A stretch of 64,000 bases of DNA from NCBI GenBank assembly GCA_963851265.1, contig CAWKNZ010000005.1, positions 224,001-288,000 of the forward strand, read 5' to 3'. The first letter of the stretch is position 1. Every line of letters starts with the position of its first letter. This stretch comes from an uncultured Gemmatimonadales bacterium (lineage in GTDB: Bacteria > Gemmatimonadota > Gemmatimonadetes > Gemmatimonadales > Gemmatimonadaceae). The notes beneath the pieces are model-generated. The model was not told where the DNA came from. It searched no databases and saw only the letters and a program-made list of their open reading frames with translations. The translations under genes and the position numbers were made by a program. Of the stretch, positions 48,435 through 60,475 are shown piece by piece.

Positions 48435-49853
48435 ATGATCGTCCAGCCCGCCACCGTCGGGAGTGCTGCGACGGCCGCACCGCCGCACGCGCCGCCGTCG
48501 CCCCTCGCGCTGATCGAGCGCAAGCGGGACGGCGGCCGCATAGCGCCCGACGAGTGGCGCGCGCTTGCCAACGCGTACGCGCGCGGCGCGGTGCCCGACT
48601 ACCAGATGGCCGCGCTACTCATGGCGGTCTACTTCCGCGGCCTCGACCGCGCCGAGACGCGCGCGCTCACCGACGCGATGCTCGCCAGCGGCGCGCGGCT
48701 CGCGCTCGGCGGCCTCGCGGCCCACGGCTGGCGCGGCCGCGTGGACAAGCATTCCACCGGCGGCGTCGGCGACAAGGTGTCGCTCGTCCTCGCGCCGCTC
48801 GTCGCCGCGCTGGGTGTCGCGGTGCCGATGATGTCGGGGCGCGGGCTCGGGCATACGGGTGGCACGCTCGACAAGCTCGAATCGATCCCGGGCTTCCGAA
48901 CGGACCTCCCCCTCGACCGCGCCACGCGGCAGCTCGAGCGCCTCGGCTGCGCGCTCATCGGGCAGACGGCCGAGATCGCGCCGGCGGACCGCAAGATGTA
49001 CGCGCTGCGCGACGTGACCGGCACCGTCGAGTCCATCCCGCTGATCGCGGCGAGCATCATGAGCAAGAAGCTCGCGGAAGACCTCACCGGCCTGGTACTC
49101 GACGTAAAGCGGGGCTCGGGCGCGTTCACGCCCGAGGTCGAGCGCGGCCTCGAGCTCGCGCGGGCGATGGTCGCGTTAGGCGCGGACCACGGCTGCCCGG
49201 TGGTCGCCCTGGTCACCGCAATGGACCGCCCGCTCGGCCGCGCGTGCGGCAACGCGCTCGAGGTGGAAGAGGCCGTCCTGGCCCTCCGCGGCGAGGGCCC
49301 GCCCGACCTCATGGCCGTCACCTACGCGCTCGGCGCGGAGATGCTCGTACTGGGTGGCGTCTGCGAGACCCGCGAGGCCGCGCACGCGGCCATGCGCGCG
49401 GCGACCGCCGACGGGCGCGCGGCCGCCAAGTTCCAGGCGATCGTCGACGCGCAGGGCGGCAACCCCGGCGTCGTCGACGACCCGGCCGCGCTGCCGCAGG
49501 CCCCCGTGCGCGCGCCGTACGAGGCCCCGCGGGACGGCGTCATCGCCCGCGTCGAGCCGCGCGCGGTGGGGCGGGGGATCATCGCGCTCGGCGGCGGACG
49601 CACGCGCGTCGACGACCGCATCGACCCGGCCGTGGGCTTCTCGATCAGCGCGCGCCCCGGCGACCGCGTGTCGCGCGGCCAGCCGCTCGCGACCGTCTGC
49701 GCGCGCGACGCGGCGGGGCTCGCGGCCGGCCGCGCCGCGCTCGACGCGGCGATCACGATCGTCGACCCGTCGTCGGCCGAGTCGGCGCCCGCGCCGCTGG
49801 CGCTCGTCTCGCACCGGGTCACCGCGGCCGGGGTCGAGGTGCTCGCCGCGTGA
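48435..49853 (+). CDS. pdp: Thymidine / pyrimidine-nucleoside phosphorylase
   Basis: IERKRDG, DYQMAALLMA, DKHSTGGVGDK, SGRGLGHTGGTLDKLESIPG, ASIMSKK, GNALEV. Confidence 0.93.
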   Translation: MIVQPATVGSAATAAPPHAPPSPLALIERKRDGGRIAPDEWRALANAYARGAVPDYQMAALLMAVYFRGLDRAETRALTDAMLASGARLALGGLAAHGWRGRVDKHSTGGVGDKVSLVLAPLVAALGVAVPMMSGRGLGHTGGTLDKLESIPGFRTDLPLDRATRQLERLGCALIGQTAEIAPADRKMYALRDVTGTVESIPLIAASIMSKKLAEDLTGLVLDVKRGSGAFTPEVERGLELARAMVALGADHGCPVVALVTAMDRPLGRACGNALEVEEAVLALRGEGPPDLMAVTYALGAEMLVLGGVCETREAAHAAMRAATADGRAAAKFQAIVDAQGGNPGVVDDPAALPQAPVRAPYEAPRDGVIARVEPRAVGRGIIALGGGRTRVDDRIDPAVGFSISARPGDRVSRGQPLATVCARDAAGLAAGRAALDAAITIVDPSSAESAPAPLALVSHRVTAAGVEVLAA

Positions 49854-49988
49854 GCGCGCTCGGGCGGACGGCCGCGCTCGCCGGCGGCAACGGCTAGCTT
49901 TTCGCGTTGCCGTAACGCGCGCCGCGGGACGCGTCGCGTCCCGCGGCATCCCATCGCACTCTCTCGCTTCGCGCAAAGGTTCTGTCTG

Positions 49989-50267
49989 GTGCCATCGCCC
50001 CGACTCTCTCCCAAGATCGCCCGCTTCCTCGCCATGCAGACCGCGGGGACGCCGGTCATCCTGTTCCTCGTTTGGGCGTTCTGCTTGTGGGAGACGCGCC
50101 CCAACTTCTCGACCCAGTCGACCGGCGGGATCGACGTCATCAACACCGCGATCACGTGGACCGCGTTCACGCTCGTGTTCGGCGCGCTGGGGGCCGTCAA
50201 CGTGCTCTTCTCGCGACAACTCTTCGGCGAGTCCAAGGGAGATCGCCGCGGCGTGAAGACGTGGTAG
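49989..50267 (+). CDS. Small hypothetical two-TM membrane protein
   Basis: 92 aa with two hydrophobic segments; genome-like codon usage. Confidence 0.65.
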   Translation: MPSPRLSPKIARFLAMQTAGTPVILFLVWAFCLWETRPNFSTQSTGGIDVINTAITWTAFTLVFGALGAVNVLFSRQLFGESKGDRRGVKTW

Positions 50268-51838
50268 CTGGGCGCGCGCGGCGAGCCACCCGGCGGGCGT
50301 GCCAGCTCGCCGCGGCGGTCGTCCTGCCGACGGTGGCCGGTGCCCAGGTGCGGGCCGCCGTGGTCACGCCGATGGCGACCGGGGACGCGGGCCGGCTCGT
50401 CGCCGCGCTCGCGGGCGATACACCACTCGGGAGCGACCTCGAGGAACTCACGGACCGCATCGGCGGCCGGCCGACCGGGAGTGACGCCAATCGCCGAGCG
50501 ATCGCGTGGGGCGTCGAGAAGTTCCGCGCGATGGGCGTGAGCGCGCGGGCCGAGCCGTTCACGATGCCCGGGCTCTGGCTCGAGCGGAGCGCGGCGGCCA
50601 CGGTCGAGGGTCCCGGCGTGCGCTTCGCGGCGCACGTGGCCGCGATGCCGTTCTCGACCGCGACGCCGGCTGCGGGCACCACGGCTCCGCTCGTCGACGC
50701 CGGCCGCGGCACCGACGCCGATTTTGCCCGGCTCGGCGCGCGCGCCCGCAACGCCTTCGTCCTCGTCGAACAGGACGAGCTGAAGGACATCGACGGCCTG
50801 TTCAAGGAATACGCCGACGCCACGGACATCGAGCGGCGCGCGTTCGCCGCGGGCGTCGCCGGCGTGGTCTATACGGGCTCGCGACCGAACGACCTGCTCT
50901 ACCGGCACAACGTCAGCACCGGCCTGGCGAACACGCGCCCCATGCTCGTGATGGACCGCGACGGCGCGCTGCGCGCGCTGCGCCTCCTGCGGAGCGGCCT
51001 GGCCCTCACCCTCACCGAACGCCTGGACCTCGACCGCGGCCCCGCGTACCAGAGCGCCAACGTCGTCGGCGAGATCCGCGGCGCGGTACAGCCCGACGAG
51101 GTGGTCGTCGTCGGCGCCCACCTCGACTCGTGGGACCTCGGCACGGGCGCGCTCGACAACGGGGCGAACGTCGCGCTCGTGCTCGACCTCGCGCGCCAGG
51201 CGCACGCGTTAGGCCTGCGGCCCGCGCGCACCGTGCGCTTCGTCCTCTGGAACGGCGAGGAGCAGGGCGAGTACGGCTCGGCCGGCTACGTGCGCGCCCA
51301 CGCGGCGGAACTCGACCGCCACGCGATGACGCTGACGTTCGACATCGGCTGCGGGCGGATCACGGGCTTCTTCACGGGCGGGCGGCCGGACGTGGTCGCG
51401 GCGACCACGCGCGCCCTCGCGCCCGTCGCCGGCTACGGCCCGTTCGCCGAGGTCGACCAGCCGATCGTCGGCACCGACAACTTCGACTTCATGCTGGCCG
51501 GCGTGCCCAACCTGGTCGCCAACCAGGAGCCGGCGACGTACGGCCCCAACTACCATGCGCGCTCCGACGAGTTCGCGGCGTGCGACCTCCGCCAGCTGCG
51601 CCAGAACGCGCAGATCGCCGGCGCGGTGGTGTGGGACGCCGCGAACGCCCCGGCCCGCCTCGCGCGCCAGTCGCCCGCGCAGGTCGCCGACCTGTTCCGC
51701 CACAGCGACCTCGCGCAGCAGATGGTCGCGATGGGCGGCTGGGACGAGTACGTACGTGGCGAGCGCGGTGTCGCGCCGGTGCAACCCCTGCCGAGCACCG
51801 CGCCGCCGGCGGGGAAGTCCGCGAGCGATAATCGTTAG
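50261..51838 (+). CDS. M28-family metallopeptidase (carboxypeptidase Q-like, PA domain)
   Basis: IGGRPTGS, VGAHLDSWD.G.GA.DNG, GEEQG, GTD, YH...D; start uncertain. Confidence 0.88.
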   Translation: MVAGRARRATRRACQLAAAVVLPTVAGAQVRAAVVTPMATGDAGRLVAALAGDTPLGSDLEELTDRIGGRPTGSDANRRAIAWGVEKFRAMGVSARAEPFTMPGLWLERSAAATVEGPGVRFAAHVAAMPFSTATPAAGTTAPLVDAGRGTDADFARLGARARNAFVLVEQDELKDIDGLFKEYADATDIERRAFAAGVAGVVYTGSRPNDLLYRHNVSTGLANTRPMLVMDRDGALRALRLLRSGLALTLTERLDLDRGPAYQSANVVGEIRGAVQPDEVVVVGAHLDSWDLGTGALDNGANVALVLDLARQAHALGLRPARTVRFVLWNGEEQGEYGSAGYVRAHAAELDRHAMTLTFDIGCGRITGFFTGGRPDVVAATTRALAPVAGYGPFAEVDQPIVGTDNFDFMLAGVPNLVANQEPATYGPNYHARSDEFAACDLRQLRQNAQIAGAVVWDAANAPARLARQSPAQVADLFRHSDLAQQMVAMGGWDEYVRGERGVAPVQPLPSTAPPAGKSASDNR

Positions 51839-51945
51839 ACACCTGTCCGAACGATCGCGCGCCGTCGCCCGCGTGGGGCGACGATCGCGGTCCGCAGCCC
51901 GCCCGCGTCGCCCCGAGAGTTCGGTCGCTCGCCGCGCTCGGGACG

Positions 51946-51980
51946 GCGAACGGGGCGCCCTACATGGGCGCCCCGTTCGC
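51946..51980. terminator. Perfect 15-bp inverted repeat between the convergent M28 peptidase gene and gyrB; probable terminator
   Basis: GCGAACGGGGCGCCC-TACAT-GGGCGCCCCGTTCGC, 1 bp after the gyrB stop. Confidence 0.75.
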
Positions 51981-51981
51981 G

Positions 51982-54057
<2,076 letters not shown>

Positions 54058-54067
54058 CTACAACTGA

Positions 54068-54403
54068 TTACGGCTTTTGTTCCGCTCGCTTGTGCGTCAG
54101 CCGGATGCGCACCACCGGCGGCCGGTCCGGGGCCGCGTTGAGCGTGCGCAGCAGCTCGGGCTCCATCGCCTGCAGCTCGGTCATCCACGCGTGCGTGGCC
54201 ACGGCCACCCACAGCGTGCCGTCGGGGGTCACGCTGAGCGGTTCGGTGACGGCCGCGATCTGCGGACCGACCAGCGCCGCCCACTCCGGCACCACCGCCG
54301 CCTGCGCGACGCGGTCGCCGATTCCCGCGTTTGCGAGCACGCCCGCGAGCAGGTCGCCGATCGCGCTCGGGCGGCGCTTGTCGCGCCCCGGATCGCGGCT
54401 CAT
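54068..54403 (-). CDS. DUF721 / DciA-like protein
   Basis: W..LVG..IA..T.P.....GTL.V......W..EL pattern; sits between recF and gyrB; ATGA overlap with recF. Confidence 0.85.
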   Translation of the reverse strand: MSRDPGRDKRRPSAIGDLLAGVLANAGIGDRVAQAAVVPEWAALVGPQIAAVTEPLSVTPDGTLWVAVATHAWMTELQAMEPELLRTLNAAPDRPPVVRIRLTHKRAEQKP

Positions 54404-55545
54404 GCCCCGACGACCCCGTCGCGCACCGTCGCGCGGTCCAAGCCGGTGAACTCGTCCGGGATGTCGCTCGCGCGCGGCACGGCGAGGATCGCCTGGCCGA
54501 GCCCGGCCTCGCCGAGCAGGTCGAGGATGCGTCGCGCACGACGGGCGTCGAGTTCGGCGAAGGGGTCGTCGAGCAGGAAGAGCGGCGGGCCGCCGATCGC
54601 GTCGCGGAGCGTGGCCGCCTCGAGCATGCGGAGCGCGATGGCGGCCGTGCGCTGCTGCCCGCCCGACCCGTAGGTGCGCAACTCGCGACCGCCGAGCGTG
54701 ATCTCGAGATCGTCGCGGTGCGGCCCCACGTGCGTCGCGACGCGCTTGAGGTCGAACGCGCGCCGGTCGGCCAACCCCTGCTCGATGGCCGCGCGCGCGG
54801 ACGCGATTTCGGCCTCGGGGCCACCGGCCGCGTCGGCGGGGGCGACGAGCGCGGTCGCGTAGCGGATGCGGACGGGCGCGCGCTCGCCGATCGCGGCGCA
54901 CAGGGCCGCGTACGCGTCCGCACGCGCCTCGACCCACCGCCGCCGCTCGGTCCAGAGCACCGCGCCGTGCTCCGCGAGCGCGGGCTCCCAGACGGCCACG
55001 CGCGCCTCCCCGCGCCCGGTGCGCGCGGCGTCGCGCAGGGCGGCATTGCGGCGCACGAGCGCGCCGCGGTACGCCTGCAGCGCCGCGAGGTACGGGCGCG
55101 ACGTGAGCGCGAGCACCACGTCCAGGTAGCGCCGCCGCTCGCTCGGCGCGCCGGACACGAGTGCCACGTCGCCCGGCGAGAGGATCACGCTCGGGACGGC
55201 GCCTAACGCATCGCTCAGCCGCGCCGGCTCGGCGCCGTCCACGCGCACGCGTTTCCGCTTGCCGGCGCGCTCGAAGCCGACGCCCGCGTCTCGCGTGCGG
55301 AGCCCGTCGGCGGTGGGCACGGCGGCGACCGCCTGCACGTGGAACGCGCCCGCGCCGAAGCGCACGAGCTCGGCGTCCCGCGCGCCGCGCACGGAGCGCA
55401 GCAGCTGCAGGTAGTAGATCGCCTCGAGCAGGTTCGTCTTGCCGTGGCCGTTCTCGCCGACGACGGCGAGCCCCGCGGGCGCGAGGTCGAGCGCGACGCG
55501 CTCCAGGTTGCGGAAGTCGCGCACGACGAGCCGCTGGAGGCGCAC
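54400..55545 (-). CDS. recF: DNA replication/repair protein RecF
   Basis: DFRNL, GENGHGKTNLLEAI, P.ERRRYLD, GPHRDDL, GSGGQQR, LLDDPFAELD. Confidence 0.95.
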   Translation of the reverse strand: MRLQRLVVRDFRNLERVALDLAPAGLAVVGENGHGKTNLLEAIYYLQLLRSVRGARDAELVRFGAGAFHVQAVAAVPTADGLRTRDAGVGFERAGKRKRVRVDGAEPARLSDALGAVPSVILSPGDVALVSGAPSERRRYLDVVLALTSRPYLAALQAYRGALVRRNAALRDAARTGRGEARVAVWEPALAEHGAVLWTERRRWVEARADAYAALCAAIGERAPVRIRYATALVAPADAAGGPEAEIASARAAIEQGLADRRAFDLKRVATHVGPHRDDLEITLGGRELRTYGSGGQQRTAAIALRMLEAATLRDAIGGPPLFLLDDPFAELDARRARRILDLLGEAGLGQAILAVPRASDIPDEFTGLDRATVRDGVVGA

Positions 55546-55595
55546 GGCGGCCCCGGTCGCCGGCGCGTCGCCCGCGCGCGCGGTCTCCAGCGCGG

Positions 55596-56375
55596 TCAGC
55601 GCCCCGTGAAGCGCGCGGCGCGCTTCCCGAGGAAGGCCTGCGTACCCTCGCGCATGTCTTCGGTGGCCGCGGCGAGGCCGAAGGCGGTGGCCTCGAAGCG
55701 CAGCGCCTCGTCGAGCGGCAGGTCGTAGCCCGCGTTCACCGCCTCGACCGCGAGCGCGAGCGCGATCGGCGCGTTGGCGAGCATGGCCGTCAGCAGCGCG
55801 CGCGCGCGATCGAGCAGCTCGCCCGCGGGCACCACGGCGTTCGCGAGCCCGATGCGGTAGGCCTCCTGCGCGTCGATCTGCTCCCCCGTGAGCAGCAGCT
55901 GCAGCGCGCGCCCCTTGCCGACGAGCCGCGCGAGCCGCTGCGTCCCGCCGTATCCGGGGACGAGCCCGAGCTTGACCTCGGGCTGGCCGAACTTCGCCGC
56001 CTCGCTCGCGAGGCGCACGTGACAGCACATCGCCAGCTCGCACCCGCCGCCTAACGCAAACCCGTTGACCGCCGCCACCGTGGGCTTGGCCGACGTCTCG
56101 AACTTGCGGAAGCTCTCCTGCCCCTTGCGGGCGAGGCGCTTGGCCTCGTACGGCGACGCCCGCCCGACCTCGCCGATGTCCGCGCCGGCGACGAACGCGC
56201 GCCCCGCGCCGGTGAGGATCACGCCGCCCACGTCGTCGCGCCCGGCGACCTCGTCCATCGCGAGCCCGAGCTCGGTGATGAGCGCGTCGTTGAGCGCGTT
56301 GAGTTTGTCGGGGCGGTTGGCGGTGATCGTCGCGATCCGGTCGACGACGTCGAGCGTGAGCGTGGAGTAGGCCAT
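55596..56375 (-). CDS. Enoyl-CoA hydratase / crotonase
   Basis: NRPDKLNALN, AFVAGADI, AVNGFALGGGCEL, FGQPEVKLG..PGYGGTQRL. Confidence 0.93.
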   Translation of the reverse strand: MAYSTLTLDVVDRIATITANRPDKLNALNDALITELGLAMDEVAGRDDVGGVILTGAGRAFVAGADIGEVGRASPYEAKRLARKGQESFRKFETSAKPTVAAVNGFALGGGCELAMCCHVRLASEAAKFGQPEVKLGLVPGYGGTQRLARLVGKGRALQLLLTGEQIDAQEAYRIGLANAVVPAGELLDRARALLTAMLANAPIALALAVEAVNAGYDLPLDEALRFEATAFGLAAATEDMREGTQAFLGKRAARFTGR

Positions 56376-56464
56376 GGTGGGCCCAATATACCGGCGCCCC
56401 ACCCGGCGCCGGGGCGCCTCGGGCGTCGGCGGTCGGACCAGATCTTGCCCCGCGTTTCTAAGTC

Positions 56465-57613
56465 ATGACGCCGCAATGGATTCTGCGAAAGGGTACGAAG
56501 CGCTCCGGGTTCCGGTACGTCACCACGGGCGGCAAGCCGGCCCCCGAGTCCGCCCGCGAGCGCGCGACCGCGCTCGTCATCCCGCCCGCCTGGACCGACG
56601 TCCACATCGCCGCGTCGCCCACCGCCGCGGTGCAGGCCTGGGGCTTCGACGCGAAGGGGCGCAAGCAGTACCGCTACCACGACCGCGCCGCCGAGCGCGG
56701 GCAGCTGCGCAAGTTCTACCGCGTGCGCCAGATGGCGCGCGACCTCCCGGCGATCCGCGCCGCCGTCGCGACCGACTTCCGCGCGAAGGCCGCGGGCCAA
56801 CCCCTGACCAAGCGCCGCGTCGCGGCCGCGGTCGTCCGCCTCATCGGCGAGTCGTTCTTCCGCGTCGGCAGCGACCGCTACGCGCAGGAGAACAAGACGT
56901 TCGGCGTCGCCACGCTGCGCAAGAAGCACGTGACCGTCCACGACGGCGGCGAGTCCGGCGACCGCGTCGTCTTCGACTACATCGGCAAGGAGTCGATCCG
57001 GCAGCATCAGGTGGTGTTCGCGCCCGATCTCGTCGCGTTCGTCCGCGAGTTGCTCGCGACGCCGGGCCCGCGGCTCTTCCGCTACCAGTCCAAGGGCGAC
57101 GACGGGCGCCTGCACTGGCACGACCTGACGTCGCGCGACGTCAACGAGTACATGCACGACGTGCTGGGCGTGCCGTACTCGGCGAAGGACTTCCGCACGT
57201 GGGGCGGCACGCTCCGCCTCGCGACCATCCTCGCCGACATCGGCCCGGGCAAGACGCCGCGCGAGTCGCAGAAGAATCTCGTGGTCGCGCTGCGGCTCGT
57301 CGCGTCCGAGTTGGGCAACACGCCGACGGTCTGCCGCAAGGCGTACGTGCACCCGCTCGTCATCGCGCGCTACCTCGACGACGGGTCGACCATCGCGCCG
57401 TTCCTCACGCGCGCGTCGGTGACGCGCGCCAACACCCGCGCCGCCGTCGGCGGGCGCGGGCACGAAGGGCACCCGCCGGAGGAGCGGGCGCTGATCGGCT
57501 TCCTCGACAAGTACTTCCCGGAGCGCCGCACGAAACGGCGTGACCGTCGCAAGCGCGACCGGGAGGCCGTCGGCGAGCGGCGCGCAGCCCGCGCGGTGGC
57601 GGACGCGGCCTAA
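56465..57613 (+). CDS. DNA topoisomerase IB (bacterial poxvirus-like)
   Basis: IPPAWTDV.I, G.DAKGRKQYRYH, FRVG..RY, GK, AKDFRTW, LGNTPTVCRKAY (catalytic Tyr), VHP. Confidence 0.93.
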   Translation: MTPQWILRKGTKRSGFRYVTTGGKPAPESARERATALVIPPAWTDVHIAASPTAAVQAWGFDAKGRKQYRYHDRAAERGQLRKFYRVRQMARDLPAIRAAVATDFRAKAAGQPLTKRRVAAAVVRLIGESFFRVGSDRYAQENKTFGVATLRKKHVTVHDGGESGDRVVFDYIGKESIRQHQVVFAPDLVAFVRELLATPGPRLFRYQSKGDDGRLHWHDLTSRDVNEYMHDVLGVPYSAKDFRTWGGTLRLATILADIGPGKTPRESQKNLVVALRLVASELGNTPTVCRKAYVHPLVIARYLDDGSTIAPFLTRASVTRANTRAAVGGRGHEGHPPEERALIGFLDKYFPERRTKRRDRRKRDREAVGERRAARAVADAA

Positions 57614-57629
57614 CGCCCGCGGGCGTTCC

Positions 57630-58154
57630 TCAGCGCGCCGAAGCCAGCAACATCGCGATCTCGCCGTCGAGCTTCTCGGGCGCCGTCTGCGGCGCGTGGC
57701 GCGCCGCCACCCGCCCGCCGCGGTCGACGACGAACTTGGTGAAGTTCCACTTCACCGCCTCGCTGCCGAGCAGGCCGGGGCGCGCGGCCTTGAGCGCGGC
57801 GAACAGCGGGTGCGTGCTCGGCCCGTTCACCTCGACCTTCGCGAACAGCGGGAAGGTGACGTCGTACGTCCGCGCGCAGAACGCGGCGATCTCCGCCTCC
57901 GCGCCGGGCTCCTGGTGCCCGAACTGGTCGCACGGAAAGCCGAGCACCGCGAATCCCTCGTCCCGATGACGCCGGTAGAGCGCTTCCAGGCCAGCGTACT
58001 GCGGCGTGAAGCCGCACTGGCTCGCGACGTTCACCACGAGCAGCACCTGGCCGCGCCACGGCGCGAGCGTGGTCTCGCCGCCGTCGATGGTGTGGACCGG
58101 GAGGTCGTAGAGCGTCGACGAACCGGTCGGCGGCGGGCTCTCGTTTTCGCGCAT
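57630..58154 (-). CDS. Glutathione peroxidase (Cys type)
   Basis: VNVASQCGFTPQY, LGFPCDQFG.QEPG, KWNFTKF. Confidence 0.93.
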   Translation of the reverse strand: MRENESPPPTGSSTLYDLPVHTIDGGETTLAPWRGQVLLVVNVASQCGFTPQYAGLEALYRRHRDEGFAVLGFPCDQFGHQEPGAEAEIAAFCARTYDVTFPLFAKVEVNGPSTHPLFAALKAARPGLLGSEAVKWNFTKFVVDRGGRVAARHAPQTAPEKLDGEIAMLLASAR

Positions 58155-58160
58155 GCGGGC

Positions 58161-58167
58161 TAATCTA
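58161..58167. promoter_or_regulatory. Overlapping divergent -10 boxes (TAATCT on +, TAGATT on -) in the 21-bp gap between the peroxidase and glpK start codons
   Basis: Only AT-rich patch in the gap; 9 nt and 7 nt from the respective ATGs; no room for Shine-Dalgarno sites. Confidence 0.6.
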
Positions 58168-58175
58168 CGCCCACC

Positions 58176-59693
58176 ATGCCTTCCATCCTCGCCATCGACC
58201 AGGGGACGACCGGGACCACCTGCCTCGTCGTCGACGCGGACGGGCGCGTGCGCGGTCGGGCCTATCGCGAGCTCACCCAGCACTACCCGGCCCCAGGTCT
58301 CGTCGAGCACGACCCGATGGAGATCCTGCGCACCGTGCGCGAGGCCGCGACCGAGGCCGTCGCGCGTGCCGGCGCCGCACCCGCGGCCGTCGGCATAACC
58401 AACCAGCGCGAGACCACGGTGTTGTGGGAGCGCGCGACTGGGCGCCCCGTCCACCCGGCCATCGTCTGGCAGGACCGGCGAACGGCCGAGCGGTGCCGCG
58501 CGCTGGCCCCGCGCGCGGCGTGGCTCGCTGAGCGCACCGGCCTCGTTCCCGACCCGTACTTCTCGGCGACCAAACTCGAATGGCTGATCGCGCGCCCCGA
58601 TCCCGCGACCGGCGACGCGCTGCGCATTCGGGCCGACCGTGGCGAGCTCGCCTTCGGCACCGTCGATAGCTGGCTCGTCTGGCACCTCACCGGCGGACGC
58701 GTGCACGCGACCGACCCGACCAACGCGTCGCGCACGCTGCTGTACGACATCGGCGCACGCGCGTGGAGTGACGCGCTGTGCGCCGAGTTCGGCGTCCCCG
58801 CCGCGGTGCTCCCCACCGTGCGCCCATCGATGGGCGAGTTCGGCGTGATGGGCGCCGAATGGTGCGGCGTCGCGCTGCCGATCCTCGGCGTGGCCGGCGA
58901 CCAGCAGGCAGCGCTGTTCGGGCACGGCGGGTGGGAGGCGGGCGCCGTGAAGAACACGTACGGCACGGGCGCCTTTCTATTGCAGAACTGTGGGGCGGTG
59001 CGGCCCCCGGGCGGCGGCGGGCTACTCACCACGCTCGCCTGCGACGCGGCGGGGCGGAGCACCTACGCGCTCGAAGCGAGCGTGTTCGTCGCGGGCGCGG
59101 CCGTGCAGTGGCTTCGCGACGGGCTCGGCGTGTTGGCCACGGCGGCCGAATCGGAAGCGCTGGCGCGGAGCGTCCAGTCCACCGACGGCGTCTACTTCGT
59201 CCCCGCGCTCACCGGGCTCGGCGCGCCCGACTGGGAAAGCGCGGCGCGCGGCACCATCGTCGGCCTCACCCGCGGCACCACGGCCGCGCACATCGTGCGG
59301 GCCGCGCTCGAGGCGATGGCCTACGCGACGGCCGACGTGCTGGGCGCGATGCGCGGCGCGGCCGGCCCGGCGTCCGACTCGACCGGCGCGACTGCGGACT
59401 CCCGGCTGCGGGTCGACGGCGGTGCGACGGCCAACGACTGGCTCATGCAGTTCCAGGCCGACGTGCTCGGCGCCGCGGTCGAGCGGCCCGCCCTGGTCGA
59501 GGCCACCGCGCTCGGTGCGGCGGGGATCGCCGGGCTCGCCGCCGGCGTCTGGCCGTCGCCCGACGCGTTTCTCGGCGCGCGCGAGGCGACCCTGTTCCGG
59601 CCCGGCGAGGGTGCGGCCGCCGCGCAGGCCGGGCGCGCGGGGTGGCGACGCGCGGTGCGGGCGACGCTCGCGTGGGCGCGGGATGCGGGCTGA
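58176..59693 (+). CDS. glpK: Glycerol kinase
   Basis: AIDQGTTGT, GITNQRETT, IVWQDRRT, YFSATK, TDPTNASRT, GDQQAALFG, KNTYGTG, VDGGA..ND. Confidence 0.95.
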   Translation: MPSILAIDQGTTGTTCLVVDADGRVRGRAYRELTQHYPAPGLVEHDPMEILRTVREAATEAVARAGAAPAAVGITNQRETTVLWERATGRPVHPAIVWQDRRTAERCRALAPRAAWLAERTGLVPDPYFSATKLEWLIARPDPATGDALRIRADRGELAFGTVDSWLVWHLTGGRVHATDPTNASRTLLYDIGARAWSDALCAEFGVPAAVLPTVRPSMGEFGVMGAEWCGVALPILGVAGDQQAALFGHGGWEAGAVKNTYGTGAFLLQNCGAVRPPGGGGLLTTLACDAAGRSTYALEASVFVAGAAVQWLRDGLGVLATAAESEALARSVQSTDGVYFVPALTGLGAPDWESAARGTIVGLTRGTTAAHIVRAALEAMAYATADVLGAMRGAAGPASDSTGATADSRLRVDGGATANDWLMQFQADVLGAAVERPALVEATALGAAGIAGLAAGVWPSPDAFLGAREATLFRPGEGAAAAQAGRAGWRRAVRATLAWARDAG

Positions 59694-60336
59694 AGCCCTC
59701 GAGGCACACTGCCGGGCGCTCGCGGCCTGCCGCCGGTGCGCGGCCGAGCTTCCGCCGGGCGCGCTACCGGTGATCCCCGAGTCGCGCGCGCCGCGTGCCA
59801 TGCTCATCGGCCAGGCGCCCGGCCCCACCGAGGCGACCAGCCGCCGGCCGTTCCAGGGGCGGGCGGGGAAGACGCTCTTTCGCTGGCTCGCGCTCGCGGG
59901 GTTGGACGAGGCCCAGGCGCGCGAGTTCTTCTGGATCGCGGCTGTGACCCGGTGCTACCCCGGCCCGCACGCGCCGGCCCGGGGCGGCGGCAGTCGGGGC
60001 GACCGCGTGCCGACGCCGGGCGAGCGGGCGCGCTGCGCGTCGTGGCTGGAGGCCGAATTCGCGCTCGTGCGGCCCGCGTTCGTCGTCACGTTAGGCCGGC
60101 TCGCGGTGGACCGGTTCCTCGCCCCCGCGCCGCTTACGGCGCTCGTCGGTCGGGTGCACGCGGCCGCGGTCGGCGGGCGCGCCGTGCCGGTGTTGCCGCT
60201 GCCGCACCCGTCGGGGGCGAGCGGGTGGCTCAACGTCGCCGAGCACCGCGCCCTGCTCGCCGTCGCACTCGATCGCCTGGCTGCCGAAGTGGCCGCGCTG
60301 CGCAGTGCGGAGGCGACGGCGGCGCCGGCCGGCTGA
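59683..60336 (+). CDS. Uracil-DNA glycosylase superfamily protein (family 4/5-like, Cys ligands)
   Basis: CRRC, LIGQAPG, PFQGRAG..L..W, TRCYP, PLPHPSG. Confidence 0.85.
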   Translation: MRAEALEAHCRALAACRRCAAELPPGALPVIPESRAPRAMLIGQAPGPTEATSRRPFQGRAGKTLFRWLALAGLDEAQAREFFWIAAVTRCYPGPHAPARGGGSRGDRVPTPGERARCASWLEAEFALVRPAFVVTLGRLAVDRFLAPAPLTALVGRVHAAAVGGRAVPVLPLPHPSGASGWLNVAEHRALLAVALDRLAAEVAALRSAEATAAPAG

Positions 60337-60475
60337 CCGGCGGGCCCGGCCACGTCTCCGGTTACGTGCGGAACTTCTATATTCGCCAGGTGTTCGGCAG
60401 ACACCGGCTCGATCGGCGCCCGCATTCCGCGGGTCGACCGGTTGTGCGGGTCGCCGGGCCGTGTGGAGGACCCTC

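Noticed and set aside
56465..57613. Tyrosine recombinase/integrase marking a mobile element
   Set aside because: The motifs are those of topoisomerase IB; no att sites, flanking repeats or cargo genes.
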